Assembly: GCA_030149325.1 (NCBI GenBank)
Contig: JASBRS010000076.1
Span: forward strand, 15,290 to 79,289
Direction of reading: 5' to 3'
Source of the DNA: Deinococci bacterium
GTDB taxonomy: Bacteria > Deinococcota > Deinococci > Deinococcales > Trueperaceae
DNA: 64,000 bases
Shown here: positions 53,227-61,448 of the stretch, one piece after another
Layout of the letters: each line of letters opens with the position of its first letter
How positions within the stretch are numbered: the stretch's first letter is position 1
The notes under the pieces: model-generated
Databases searched by the model: none
What the model saw: only the letters and a program-made list of their open reading frames with translations
Told to the model about the DNA's origin: nothing
Position numbers and translations under genes: made by a program

Positions 53227-54543
53227 TCACTGCGCCGCCTTCGGCGCGGCCTGGGCGGCCTGCTCGGCGGTCACGGGGCCGAAGGCGTTGCCCCAGCTGT
53301 TGCGGACGTAGGTGGCGACGTCGGCGAGTTGCTGGACGTTGAGCGTCTTGTGCGCGGGCATGATGCCCTTGCCGTCGAAGATGCGCTGCACCACCGCGGT
53401 GGCATCGCTCAAGGCAGCGTTGCCCGCCAGCGCCGGGAAGGTCGGCGGCAGGCCGGCGCCGTTGGCCTGGTGGCAGCTCGTGCACTGAGCCTCGTAGAGC
53501 TGTTCCCCGGCGTCCATGGTGGCCTTGTCGATGCCGCCGCTCGGCGCGGCCGCGGCCGCCGGTGCCGTCGTCGAAGGCTGCGCCGACGCGCCGGAGGCCG
53601 TGCTCCCGGCCGAGCTCGACGGCGTCGCCGCGGACGTGCTCGAGGTGGAGCCGCTCGGGGTCGTCTCGGAGGAGCTGCCGGCCGCGGAACCGGCGGACGC
53701 CCCGGACGAGCCGGTCGACGATGCTGCCGGAGCGGAGCCGCTGGCGGGTGCCGCACCGGTGTTGGAGGCGCTCGGCTCGGCCGCGGCCGCATCGGCGACG
53801 CTCACGCCGCCGTAGGCGTTGCCCCAGGTGTTGCGGATGTAGGTCGCGACCTCCGCCAGCATCTTGGCGCTGTAGCTGGGGTGGGAGGGCATCGCGCCGG
53901 AGCCCTCGTAGATGCGCTTGACGGTGGCGGTGGCGTCACTCAGGAAGGAGTTGCCGGCCAGCGCCGGGAAGGTCGGGGGCATGCCCTCGCCGCTCGGCTT
54001 GTGGCAGGCCGCGCAGTCGGAGGTGTAGAGCTGTTCCCCGGCCTTGAGCAGGGCCGCGTCGACCGGCGGTGCGGGCGTCGAGGGAGCGGAGGCCGTGCTG
54101 CCGCCCTCGCTCGGGGCGGGCACCAGGTTGCTGTAGATCGGCACCACCATGAAGAACACCCAGATACCGCCGAGGATCAGCACCGTCATCAACAGGTAGA
54201 GCCAGGTGGGCGGGCCCTTGGGCTTCGGCAGCGACGCCGCCGGCGGGGGCGGGACCACCACGTCGACCTCGACCGAGCCGCTCACGGTCGCGCCGGGCTC
54301 GAGCCCGCGGACCTCCACGTCGGACGCGTGCTCGACGTGGAACGGGATGCGCCGCTCGCGGCGCCCGCCGCTCGCGTCGATGCGCACCACCCGCAGGCTG
54401 TGGGCTCCCTCGTCCAGCCCGGTGGTGTCGAGCTGGAAGCGGAACGGCGGGGCGGTCACGATCTGCACCGCCTCCGGCCGATCGTCGAGGAACACCTCGA
54501 TGCGAACGACCCTGTCGGACGAACTGGAGCCTGGTTCCGTCAC
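53227..54543 (-). CDS. fbcC: membrane-anchored di-haem c-type cytochrome of the bc operon, with an N-terminal Ig-like domain
   Basis: Trimmed to GTG 54543 (AAGGGGAGG 9 nt upstream). Residues 1-100 form an Ig-like beta domain (RIEVFLDDRPEAVQIVTAPPFRFQLDTTGLDEGAHSLRVVRIDASGG). The TM helix is WLYLLMTVLILGGIWVFFMVVPIY. There are two cytochrome c domains (CAACH and CTSCH, each with a distal GxMP Met), separated by an ~86-aa Ser/Ala/Thr/Gly linker. Confidence 0.85.
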   Translation of the reverse strand: MTEPGSSSSDRVVRIEVFLDDRPEAVQIVTAPPFRFQLDTTGLDEGAHSLRVVRIDASGGRRERRIPFHVEHASDVEVRGLEPGATVSGSVEVDVVVPPPPAASLPKPKGPPTWLYLLMTVLILGGIWVFFMVVPIYSNLVPAPSEGGSTASAPSTPAPPVDAALLKAGEQLYTSDCAACHKPSGEGMPPTFPALAGNSFLSDATATVKRIYEGSGAMPSHPSYSAKMLAEVATYIRNTWGNAYGGVSVADAAAAEPSASNTGAAPASGSAPAASSTGSSGASAGSAAGSSSETTPSGSTSSTSAATPSSSAGSTASGASAQPSTTAPAAAAAPSGGIDKATMDAGEQLYEAQCTSCHQANGAGLPPTFPALAGNAALSDATAVVQRIFDGKGIMPAHKTLNVQQLADVATYVRNSWGNAFGPVTAEQAAQAAPKAAQ

Positions 54544-55023
54544 GGCGTCAATCCTCCCCTTGCTGAACGAAAGCGGTCGGGCGGGACGGGCCCGTTCGTG
54601 GCCGACCGGCCGGTACGCCCGGCCGGCAGCGCGCCGTGACCTTCGTCGACCGCGGCGCGAGAGCGTCCCACGCTGCGTTCGCACCATCCCCACCGGAAAC
54701 GACGCTCATCGAGCATGGCCGCAGTCTACTTCTAGGTGAGACGGTTGTGGCATGGCATCGAACTCCTACGATCCCTTCGATGGCGTCCCGGAGATGGCGT
54801 CGGGGCTCGCTCGGGCCCCGGCCGATCCGCGGTGGCGGCACCGTCCCTGGTCCACGCGCCCGCTCCACGACGGATCGTGGAGGGGGTCACGTTCCGGCCG
54901 GAGCCTACCTCACAGGACGAACGTCCCCTTGGGTCAAATGTCCCTGCCTCCGACCGCGCTCCGCGAGGGCCTCCCCGACGCATCCGGCCCCCTCGGGGCG
55001 GCGGCATTCTACGCTAGGCGGGG

Positions 55024-55812
55024 ATGAGCCGCCACCCCGAACTGGCTCGCGCCGAACGCGCCCTCGTCCTCCAGGCCCGTCACGGCAGGCGGGCGGTGGC
55101 AGCGGGTGCGCTGCTGGCATGCTTCGCGCCCGACGGCTCCGACGACTTCCTCCACATCGCCGTGCCGGGCGCCGCCGACCCCGACGACTGGGCGCCGTCG
55201 GTCCGAAGGCTGCTCGAGCTCGGCCCCGGCAGGGTGCCGCGCCTCGAGTTCATGGAGGAGCTGCACCCGGACCTGCCGGCCGCCCTCGAGGCGCGCGGCT
55301 TCCGGACGAGCGCGCGAGCGGCCGCGATGGTGACCACGGCCGGCGATCTCGGGCGCCTGCCCGACGCCCCCGTCGGACCGCCGCCGCTTCACCTGGCCGA
55401 AGCCCCTAGGCACCTGGGTCGCTTCCTCGACGCGCAGGCGCAGGCCTTCGGCATGGCGCCGGGGAGCGGCCGGCTGTTCTTCGATCGGTTGCGTGCCGGC
55501 CTCGCCGACGGCAGCGTGCTGGCCGCAGCCCGGCTGGAGGGCGACACCCCCGTGAGCGGGGCCACCCTGCTGGTGACCTCCGAGGGAGCCGAGCTCGCGG
55601 GGGTGTGGACGTCCCCCGAGCGCCGCCGTCGCGGCCTGGCGCTGGGGGTGTGTCGGCACCTGCTGGCCTCGGCCCTCGACCACGGCGTCGACTTCGTGTG
55701 GCTGTCGGCCGCTCCGGACGCCGCCCATCTCTACCGGCGGCTCGGCTTCCGTCGGGTGGGCACCCAGGTGAACGTCGAGCCCCCCGCAGGCGGCGGGACG
55801 GCAGCACCGTGA
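55024..55812 (+). CDS. GNAT-family acetyltransferase (two-lobed, C-terminal catalytic GNAT)
   Basis: The C-terminal LAGVWTSPERRRRGLALGVCRHLLASALDHGVDFVWLSAAPDAAHLYRRLGFR carries the acetyl-CoA motif RRRGLA. Confidence 0.7.
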   Translation: MSRHPELARAERALVLQARHGRRAVAAGALLACFAPDGSDDFLHIAVPGAADPDDWAPSVRRLLELGPGRVPRLEFMEELHPDLPAALEARGFRTSARAAAMVTTAGDLGRLPDAPVGPPPLHLAEAPRHLGRFLDAQAQAFGMAPGSGRLFFDRLRAGLADGSVLAAARLEGDTPVSGATLLVTSEGAELAGVWTSPERRRRGLALGVCRHLLASALDHGVDFVWLSAAPDAAHLYRRLGFRRVGTQVNVEPPAGGGTAAP

Positions 55813-56813
55813 GGGCCGTCCGTTGGGGCATGATCGGCTGCGGCGACGTGACCGAGGTCAAGAGCGGCCCGGCGCTGCAACGGGCGCCCGGTTCCAGCCT
55901 GGTCGCGGTCATGGGCCGCCGCGGCGGACTGGCGGAGGACTACGCACGCCGGCACGGCGTACCGCGCTGGTACGACGATGCCGCGGAGCTGCTGGCCGAC
56001 CCCGAGGTCGACGCCGTCTACGTGGCCACCCCGCCGTCGAGCCACCGCAGCCTCACCGAGATGGCCGCCGCCGCCGGCAAGCCCGTCTACGTGGAGAAGC
56101 CGATGGCCCCGACCGCCGAGGATGCCGAGGCCATGCTGCGCGCCTGCCGGGCCGCCGAGGTACCGCTGTACGTGGCGTACTACCGGCGCGCCCTGCCGCG
56201 CTTCCTGCAGCTGCGCGAGGTGCTGGCCGACGGCGTCATCGGCGAGCCGCGGGCGGTGACGGTGACGCACGTGAGCCCGCCGGCGCAGGTCGAGAGCGCC
56301 GCCATGCCCGGCTGGCGCGTCGACCCCGCCGTCTCCGGCGGCGGCTACTTCGTCGACCTCGGGAGCCACACCCTCGACCTGCTCGACTTCCTCCTGGGCC
56401 CGATCGAGAAGGCCGCCGGCTCGTCGGCCAACACCGCCGGGCTCTACCCCGCCGAGGACCTGGTGACCGGCATGTGGACCTTCGCCTCGGGGGTGCGCGG
56501 GGTGGGACTGTGGTCGTTCGCCGCCGGCAGCTACCGCGAGCGCGTCGCCATCTTCGGCACCGCCGGGACCCTGAACTTCTCGGTCTTCGCCGCCGAGCCG
56601 CCCCGGATCGCCACCCCCGGCGGCGAGCGGACGCTGCCGCTGCTGCCGCACCCCGTCCACGTCCAACAACCCCTGATCGAGACGGTGGTCGACGACCTCC
56701 TGGGGCGCGGCGCCTGTCCCAGCACCGGCGAGAGTGCGCTCCGCACCGGCCGCGTCATCGACGCCCTGCTCGCCGAGCACCGCCGGACGCTGGCGTCGCC
56801 CGACCCCGACTGA
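55809..56813 (+). CDS. Gfo/Idh/MocA-family NAD(P)-dependent oxidoreductase
   Basis: GTG 55809 overlaps the GNAT stop (GTGA). VRWGMIGCGDVTEVKSGPALQ ... AELLADPEVDAVYVATPPSSHRSLTEMAAAAGKPVYVEKPMA. Confidence 0.85.
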   Translation: MRAVRWGMIGCGDVTEVKSGPALQRAPGSSLVAVMGRRGGLAEDYARRHGVPRWYDDAAELLADPEVDAVYVATPPSSHRSLTEMAAAAGKPVYVEKPMAPTAEDAEAMLRACRAAEVPLYVAYYRRALPRFLQLREVLADGVIGEPRAVTVTHVSPPAQVESAAMPGWRVDPAVSGGGYFVDLGSHTLDLLDFLLGPIEKAAGSSANTAGLYPAEDLVTGMWTFASGVRGVGLWSFAAGSYRERVAIFGTAGTLNFSVFAAEPPRIATPGGERTLPLLPHPVHVQQPLIETVVDDLLGRGACPSTGESALRTGRVIDALLAEHRRTLASPDPD

Positions 56814-56994
56814 GCCGCCCGCCGCCACGTCGGCCGCGTCACCGGCCCCTCACCGAGCGGCGCTACGCTCGTCGCGGTGGGCGACGCGCGGTTCGGCGCG
56901 CCCCACCGGGCGAGCGCCCCACGGGCCGCTGCCACCGGGCATGCGTCCCGCCGCTCGCTCCTACGCAGGTACGTCGACGCGGAGAGGAGCCCGC

Positions 56995-57777
56995 ATGGAG
57001 ATCCGACTGGACGGCAGACGAGCGCTGGTCACGGGGGCCAACAGTGGCATCGGGGCCGCCATCGCCGAGGCGCTCGGGGCCGCCGGCGCGCGCGTGGCCA
57101 TCAACTACCTCGCCGGCGACGAGGCCGCCGAGGCGGTGGCCGGGCGCGTCCGCGCGGCGGGAGGCGAGGCGCTGACGGTCAAGGCCGACGTCGGCTCGCT
57201 CGACGAGGTCGAGGAGATGTTCGGCAAGCTCGATCGCGCCTGGGGAGGCATCGACGTCCTGGTCAACAACGCCGGCATCGATGGGGCCCGCGCCGAGGCG
57301 TGGGCGAGCGACCCCGCGGCCTGGCGGAAGGTGATCGACGTCGACCTCATCGGCGCCTACGCCTGCGCCCGCCAGGCGTTGGCGCGCATGGTGCCGGCCG
57401 GCCACGGCGTGGTGCTCACCGTCACCTCCGTGCACGAGGTCATCGCCTGGAGCGGCTACAGCGCCTACACCGCCGCCAAGGCCGGCGCCGGCATGATGAC
57501 GCGGACCCTCGCGCAGGAGGCCGCACCGCACGGCGTACGCGTCCTGGCGCTGGCGCCGGGAGCCATCAAGACGGACATCAACCGCTCGGTGTGGAGCGAT
57601 CCCGAGGCGCTCCGCGACCTGTTGGAGAAGATCCCGCTCAACCGCCTGGGCGAGCCCGAGGACGTCGCGCGCATGGCGGTGGTGCTGGTGTCCGACGTGG
57701 CGTCCTACGTCACGGGCACCACGGTCTTCGTGGACGGCGCGATGACCGACTATCCCGACTTCGCACACGGCGGCTGA
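56995..57777 (+). CDS. SDR-family oxidoreductase (glucose 1-dehydrogenase/FabG-like)
   Basis: ATG 56995, after GGAGAGGAG. ALVTGANSGIGAAIAEALGAAGARVAINY ... VLVNNAGI ... SGYSAYTAAKAG (YxxxK) ... PGAIKT ... TGTTVFVDGAMT. Confidence 0.9.
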   Translation: MEIRLDGRRALVTGANSGIGAAIAEALGAAGARVAINYLAGDEAAEAVAGRVRAAGGEALTVKADVGSLDEVEEMFGKLDRAWGGIDVLVNNAGIDGARAEAWASDPAAWRKVIDVDLIGAYACARQALARMVPAGHGVVLTVTSVHEVIAWSGYSAYTAAKAGAGMMTRTLAQEAAPHGVRVLALAPGAIKTDINRSVWSDPEALRDLLEKIPLNRLGEPEDVARMAVVLVSDVASYVTGTTVFVDGAMTDYPDFAHGG

Positions 57778-57781
57778 GGCG

Positions 57782-60124
57782 ATGGACGCTCCCGGACGCC
57801 CCGGCATCGCCCCCACCTGGACCTCCAGCGCCAAGGACCTCGTCACCACCGCACTCGGGCCGTCGCGCCTGTGGGTGACGTTGGGTCACGGCATCGTCAA
57901 CGAGGTCTACTACCCCACCACCGGCCAGCCCCAGGTGCGCGACCTGGGGTTCATCGTCGCCACGCCGAGCGGCTGGTACGAGGTCAAGAGGGTGGCCGAC
58001 TACCGCATCGACACGCCGGCCCCCACCATCCCGCTGCCGACGGTGCGCCACCGTGGCGACGGTTACGAGCTCGAGCTCGAGGTCCTGCCCGACCCCGAGC
58101 GCGAGACGCTGCTCGTGCGCTACCGCCTGACCGGCGAGGGCGTGAGGCTCTACGCCCTGTTGGCTCCCCACCTCGGCGCCAACGGCGCCGACAACACCGC
58201 CTGGGTGGGCCCGGACGACAGCGCCCGCGGCGCCCTGTGCGCCCGCGGCGGGGCGGAGTCGCTGGCGCTGGTGGCCGACCCCGGCTTCCGCCGCCGCAGC
58301 GTCGGCTACGTCGGCACCTCCGACGGCTGGCAGGACTTCGCCCGCACCGGCGGCATGCACTGGAGCTACGACCGCGCGGCGCACGGCAACGTCGCGCTGA
58401 TGGGCGAGCTCGCCGATCTCGAGGGGGTGCTGGCCCTCGGCTTCGCGGGCAGCGACGAGGGCGCCCTGACGCACGCTCGAGCCAGCCTCGCCCAGGGCTT
58501 CGGGCGCGCTCGCGACAGCTTCGTGCGCGCCTGGAAGGCCTGGGGCGCCAGCATCCGGACGCCCGAGCTCGAGCCCGACCTCGCCCGCGAGGCGCTGCTG
58601 TCGGCCACCGTCCTCAAGGTGCACGAGGACAAGGCCTTCCCCGGCGCCGTCGTCGCCAGCCTCAGCATCCCCTGGGGGAACGCCCGCGACGACCTGGGCG
58701 GCTACCACCTGGTGTGGGCCCGCGACGCCGTCGAGACCGGTCTCGGGCTGTTGGCGGCGGGCCAGGTCGAAGACGCCAGGCGCATGCTGGCGTACCTCAT
58801 CGCCACCCAACGCAGCGACGGGCACTGGTCGCAGAACACCTTCCCCGACGGCCGTGCCTACTGGACGGGGGTCCAGCTCGACGAGGTGGGCTTCCCGGTG
58901 CTGCTGGCGGAGAAGCTGCGCGAGACCGGGACGCTCGACGACCTCCGCGGCGTCGAGGCCATGGTGCGGGGCGCCGCCGGCTTCCTGGCGCGGACCGGTC
59001 CCCTGACGCCGCAGGACCGCTGGGAGGAGAACGCCGGCGCCAACCCCTTCACCCTGGCGGTGGAGGTGGCCGCGCTGGTGGCCGCCGGCGCCTTCCTCGA
59101 CGAGGAGGAGCGTGCCTACGCCGCGTCCCTGGCCGACTGCTGGAACGAGCGCATCGAGGACTGGACCTACGTCGAGGACGGACCGCTGGCGCGCGAGCAC
59201 GACGTGGGGGGCTACTACCTGCGGATCGCGCCGCCGCCGTCGGCGGGCGGACTGCGCGGCCAGATCGACGTGCGGAACCGTGCCGGCGACCGCTTGGAAG
59301 CCGCAGGGCTGGTCAGCCTCGACTTCCTGGCGCTGGTCCGGCTGGGGTTGCGCGCGGCCGACGATCCGCGCATCGCGGCCACCACGCACCTGGTCGATCG
59401 CCTGCTGGCTGTCGAGCTCCCCACCGGCACCGCCTACCACCGCTACAACGACGACGGTTACGGCGAGCACGCCGATGGTAGCCCCTTCGACGGCACCGGC
59501 ATCGGTCGCGCGTGGCCGCTGCTGGCCGGCGAGCGCGCCCACCTGCGGCTGCAGGCGGGCGAGGATCCCCTCGACGGCCTGCGCACCATGGCCGCCATGG
59601 CGGGTCCCGGCGGCCTCATCCCCGAGCAGGTCTGGGACACCGACCCCATCCCCGAGCGCTTCCTCGAGCCGGGGCGCCCGTCGGGCAGCGCCATGCCCTT
59701 GGTGTGGGCGCACTCCGAGTTCCTCAAGCTGGCCTACGCCCGCGACGCGGGCCGGCCGCTGGAGCTGCTCGAGGCGGTGCAGGAGCGCTACGGCGGCCGG
59801 CGACCGGAGGCCGCCACCTGGCACTGGCGCGAGAGCGTTCCGTTCGACGCCCTGCCGGCCGGGCGCAGCCTGCTGATCGAACGGGCCGCTCCGTTCACGC
59901 TGCACCTCGGCGTCGACGGCTGGCAACAGGTCCGCGACCTGCCCTCGGAGCCGCTGCCGCTCGGCTCGTTCGGGGTGCGGCTCGACGCCGACGAGCTCGA
60001 TGGGTACACCCGCGTGGAGTTCAACCTGGTCGACGGCAGCAGCGGCGCCTGGTCGGGCAACTACGGCATCGCCCTCGGCGCCGACGGGGCGCGCGGGCGC
60101 GTGCGCGGTCCGTCGTCCCGCTGA
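57782..60124 (+). CDS. GH15 glucoamylase / glucodextranase-like (bacterial type with N-terminal beta-sandwich)
   Basis: APGRPGIAPTWTSSAKD ... LWVTLGHGIVNEVYYP ... DLGGYHLVWARDAVETGLGLLAAG ... WSQNTFPDGRAYWTGVQLDEVGFPVLLA ... RWEENAGANPFTLA ... PEQVWD ... SAMPLVWAHSEFLKL. Starts 4 nt after the SDR stop. Confidence 0.9.
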   Translation: MDAPGRPGIAPTWTSSAKDLVTTALGPSRLWVTLGHGIVNEVYYPTTGQPQVRDLGFIVATPSGWYEVKRVADYRIDTPAPTIPLPTVRHRGDGYELELEVLPDPERETLLVRYRLTGEGVRLYALLAPHLGANGADNTAWVGPDDSARGALCARGGAESLALVADPGFRRRSVGYVGTSDGWQDFARTGGMHWSYDRAAHGNVALMGELADLEGVLALGFAGSDEGALTHARASLAQGFGRARDSFVRAWKAWGASIRTPELEPDLAREALLSATVLKVHEDKAFPGAVVASLSIPWGNARDDLGGYHLVWARDAVETGLGLLAAGQVEDARRMLAYLIATQRSDGHWSQNTFPDGRAYWTGVQLDEVGFPVLLAEKLRETGTLDDLRGVEAMVRGAAGFLARTGPLTPQDRWEENAGANPFTLAVEVAALVAAGAFLDEEERAYAASLADCWNERIEDWTYVEDGPLAREHDVGGYYLRIAPPPSAGGLRGQIDVRNRAGDRLEAAGLVSLDFLALVRLGLRAADDPRIAATTHLVDRLLAVELPTGTAYHRYNDDGYGEHADGSPFDGTGIGRAWPLLAGERAHLRLQAGEDPLDGLRTMAAMAGPGGLIPEQVWDTDPIPERFLEPGRPSGSAMPLVWAHSEFLKLAYARDAGRPLELLEAVQERYGGRRPEAATWHWRESVPFDALPAGRSLLIERAAPFTLHLGVDGWQQVRDLPSEPLPLGSFGVRLDADELDGYTRVEFNLVDGSSGAWSGNYGIALGADGARGRVRGPSSR

Positions 60125-60281
60125 CGCCGGGACCGCCCTGGGGTCCCGACGCTGCACGGCTCGTGCACACGGAGCGGCCGAGACCTGCACGTCCCGCCGG
60201 CATGGTGGGAAGGCGCACTCCCCCCGCGCTCTCCACGACGACGCCGGCGCGGATCGGCGCGACGTGGGAAAGGAGACGAGG

Positions 60282-61082
60282 ATGTTCCGAACCCTCCGCC
60301 TACGGGCACTCGTAGGCGCTGCCGCGGCGGTCGTCGTGGTGGGCGCCGGCGCCGTGACGCTGCCGTTGGTGGCGTCGGCGCAGAGCTCGCAGACGCCCCC
60401 GGCCACCGGCGCGGCCGGCGCCGCAGCCTCGACGCTCCGCGACCTCGAGCGTCAGGCCTTGCGCCTCACGGTGATCGCCCAGGTGCCCGAGGCCGACCGC
60501 GCTCAGGCCACCCAGCTCCTCGACCGCGCCGACGCCCTGCGCCAGCGCGCCACCGAGCTGCGTACGCAGGAGCTCCAGAGCTACATCGACGCCCTCAAGG
60601 CCGGTACCGCGCCGTCCGACGCCCGGACCCAGGCCCAGCAGAAGCTGGCCTCGGAGCGGAGCCAGCTCCAGGGCGACCTTACGACGTTGCGCGACGACGT
60701 CCGGGCCTTCGTCCAGAAAGTGCCCGAGGCGCGCGCGCTCGAGCGCTACCTGGGCGCCGAGCTGCGGGCCGCGAGCGGCCCCGGCATGGGCCTCGGCCGC
60801 GATCTCGGCATGGGCCTCGGAGCGGCGCCCGCCAACCCGTGGGCCGGCGACCGTGGCCGGATCCCCTGGCGCGGGAGCCCGCGCGCGGGCGCGCGCTCCA
60901 ACCGTGACGACCGCTGGGGCGGCGTCGACGGCTACGGCTTCGAGATGCGGCAGGGTTTCGGCATGGGGCGCCGCAACCCTGCCGGCATGGGCGGCTGGGC
61001 CCCCACCGCTCCCCGCAAGACCGCACCCCAGAACACCACGCCGCCGACCCCCACGCCCCCCACGGGAGGCGGCGGCGCCTGA
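60282..61082 (+). CDS. secreted helical protein with a Gly/Met/Arg/Trp-rich tail (Spy/CpxP/ZraP-like candidate)
   Basis: ATG 60282, after AAAGGAG. Signal peptide MFRTLRLRALVGAAAAVVVVGAGAVTLPLVASAQ. The ~130-aa helical region is rich in Q/R/A/L/D. The tail reads GPGMGLGRDLGMGLG...GYGFEMRQGFGMGRRNPAGMGGW...TPPTPTPPTGGGGA. Confidence 0.55.
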   Translation: MFRTLRLRALVGAAAAVVVVGAGAVTLPLVASAQSSQTPPATGAAGAAASTLRDLERQALRLTVIAQVPEADRAQATQLLDRADALRQRATELRTQELQSYIDALKAGTAPSDARTQAQQKLASERSQLQGDLTTLRDDVRAFVQKVPEARALERYLGAELRAASGPGMGLGRDLGMGLGAAPANPWAGDRGRIPWRGSPRAGARSNRDDRWGGVDGYGFEMRQGFGMGRRNPAGMGGWAPTAPRKTAPQNTTPPTPTPPTGGGGA

Positions 61083-61192
61083 CGCCTGGCGACGGCCGCA
61101 GGCCGTCGACGATCGCGTCGCAGCGCCGGCGGGCAAGCCAGCCCGTCGGCGCTGCCTTGCGCTCCGAACCGCTGGCGACGTACCCAAGTGGA

Positions 61193-61216
61193 GGGCCCCC
61201 GCTTTCGCGGGGGCCC
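61193..61216. other. perfect GC hairpin in an orphan convergent intergenic region
   Basis: GGGCCCCCGC-TTTC-GCGGGGGCCC, about 110 nt downstream of the stop at 61082. On the minus strand the loop reads GAAA (tetraloop-like). It may terminate either flanking transcript or bound a small RNA. Confidence 0.4.
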
Positions 61217-61448
61217 GGGACGGAATCGTCCGCCATCCACACCGTAGGAGGGGTATGAAGAGAGGTTGCCACGCTCGTTGGCAGCCACCGAAGGAAGGAT
61301 AGGCCCGATCCCTGACAGAAGGTTGAAGGCCCCGTGAGAATCGTGACGGATGGAAAGATCTCGGAGCTCCCGCCCGCGCCTCACGGCCGGCCACCGCGGG
61401 CCCGCGGAACGGAGTCGCGTCCGGCACGGCGGCCCGGGCGCTCGGGGG

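Noticed and set aside
53536-53793. Repetitive-looking GC-rich DNA (gcc/gga/gct/cga-type triplet runs) that might suggest a tandem repeat, VNTR or CRISPR-like array
   Set aside because: It is in frame within fbcC and encodes a Ser/Ala/Thr/Gly inter-domain linker. It has no regularly spaced identical repeats and no spacer structure.
61255-61302. 15-codon ORF (MKRGCHARWQPPKEG) directly after AGGAGGGG in the orphan intergenic region
   Set aside because: The SD-to-ATG spacing is only about 2-3 nt, there is no downstream gene for a leader peptide to regulate, and the peptide has no recognisable features. It is kept only as part of the candidate sRNA region finding.
61270-61340. The motif cgaaggaaggatagg / ggttgaaggcc superficially recalls the GGAAGGAAGCAGC core of SRP (4.5S) RNA.
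   Set aside because: The conserved SRP domain IV sequence and its symmetric loop and closing helix are not present on either strand. The length and context do not fit.
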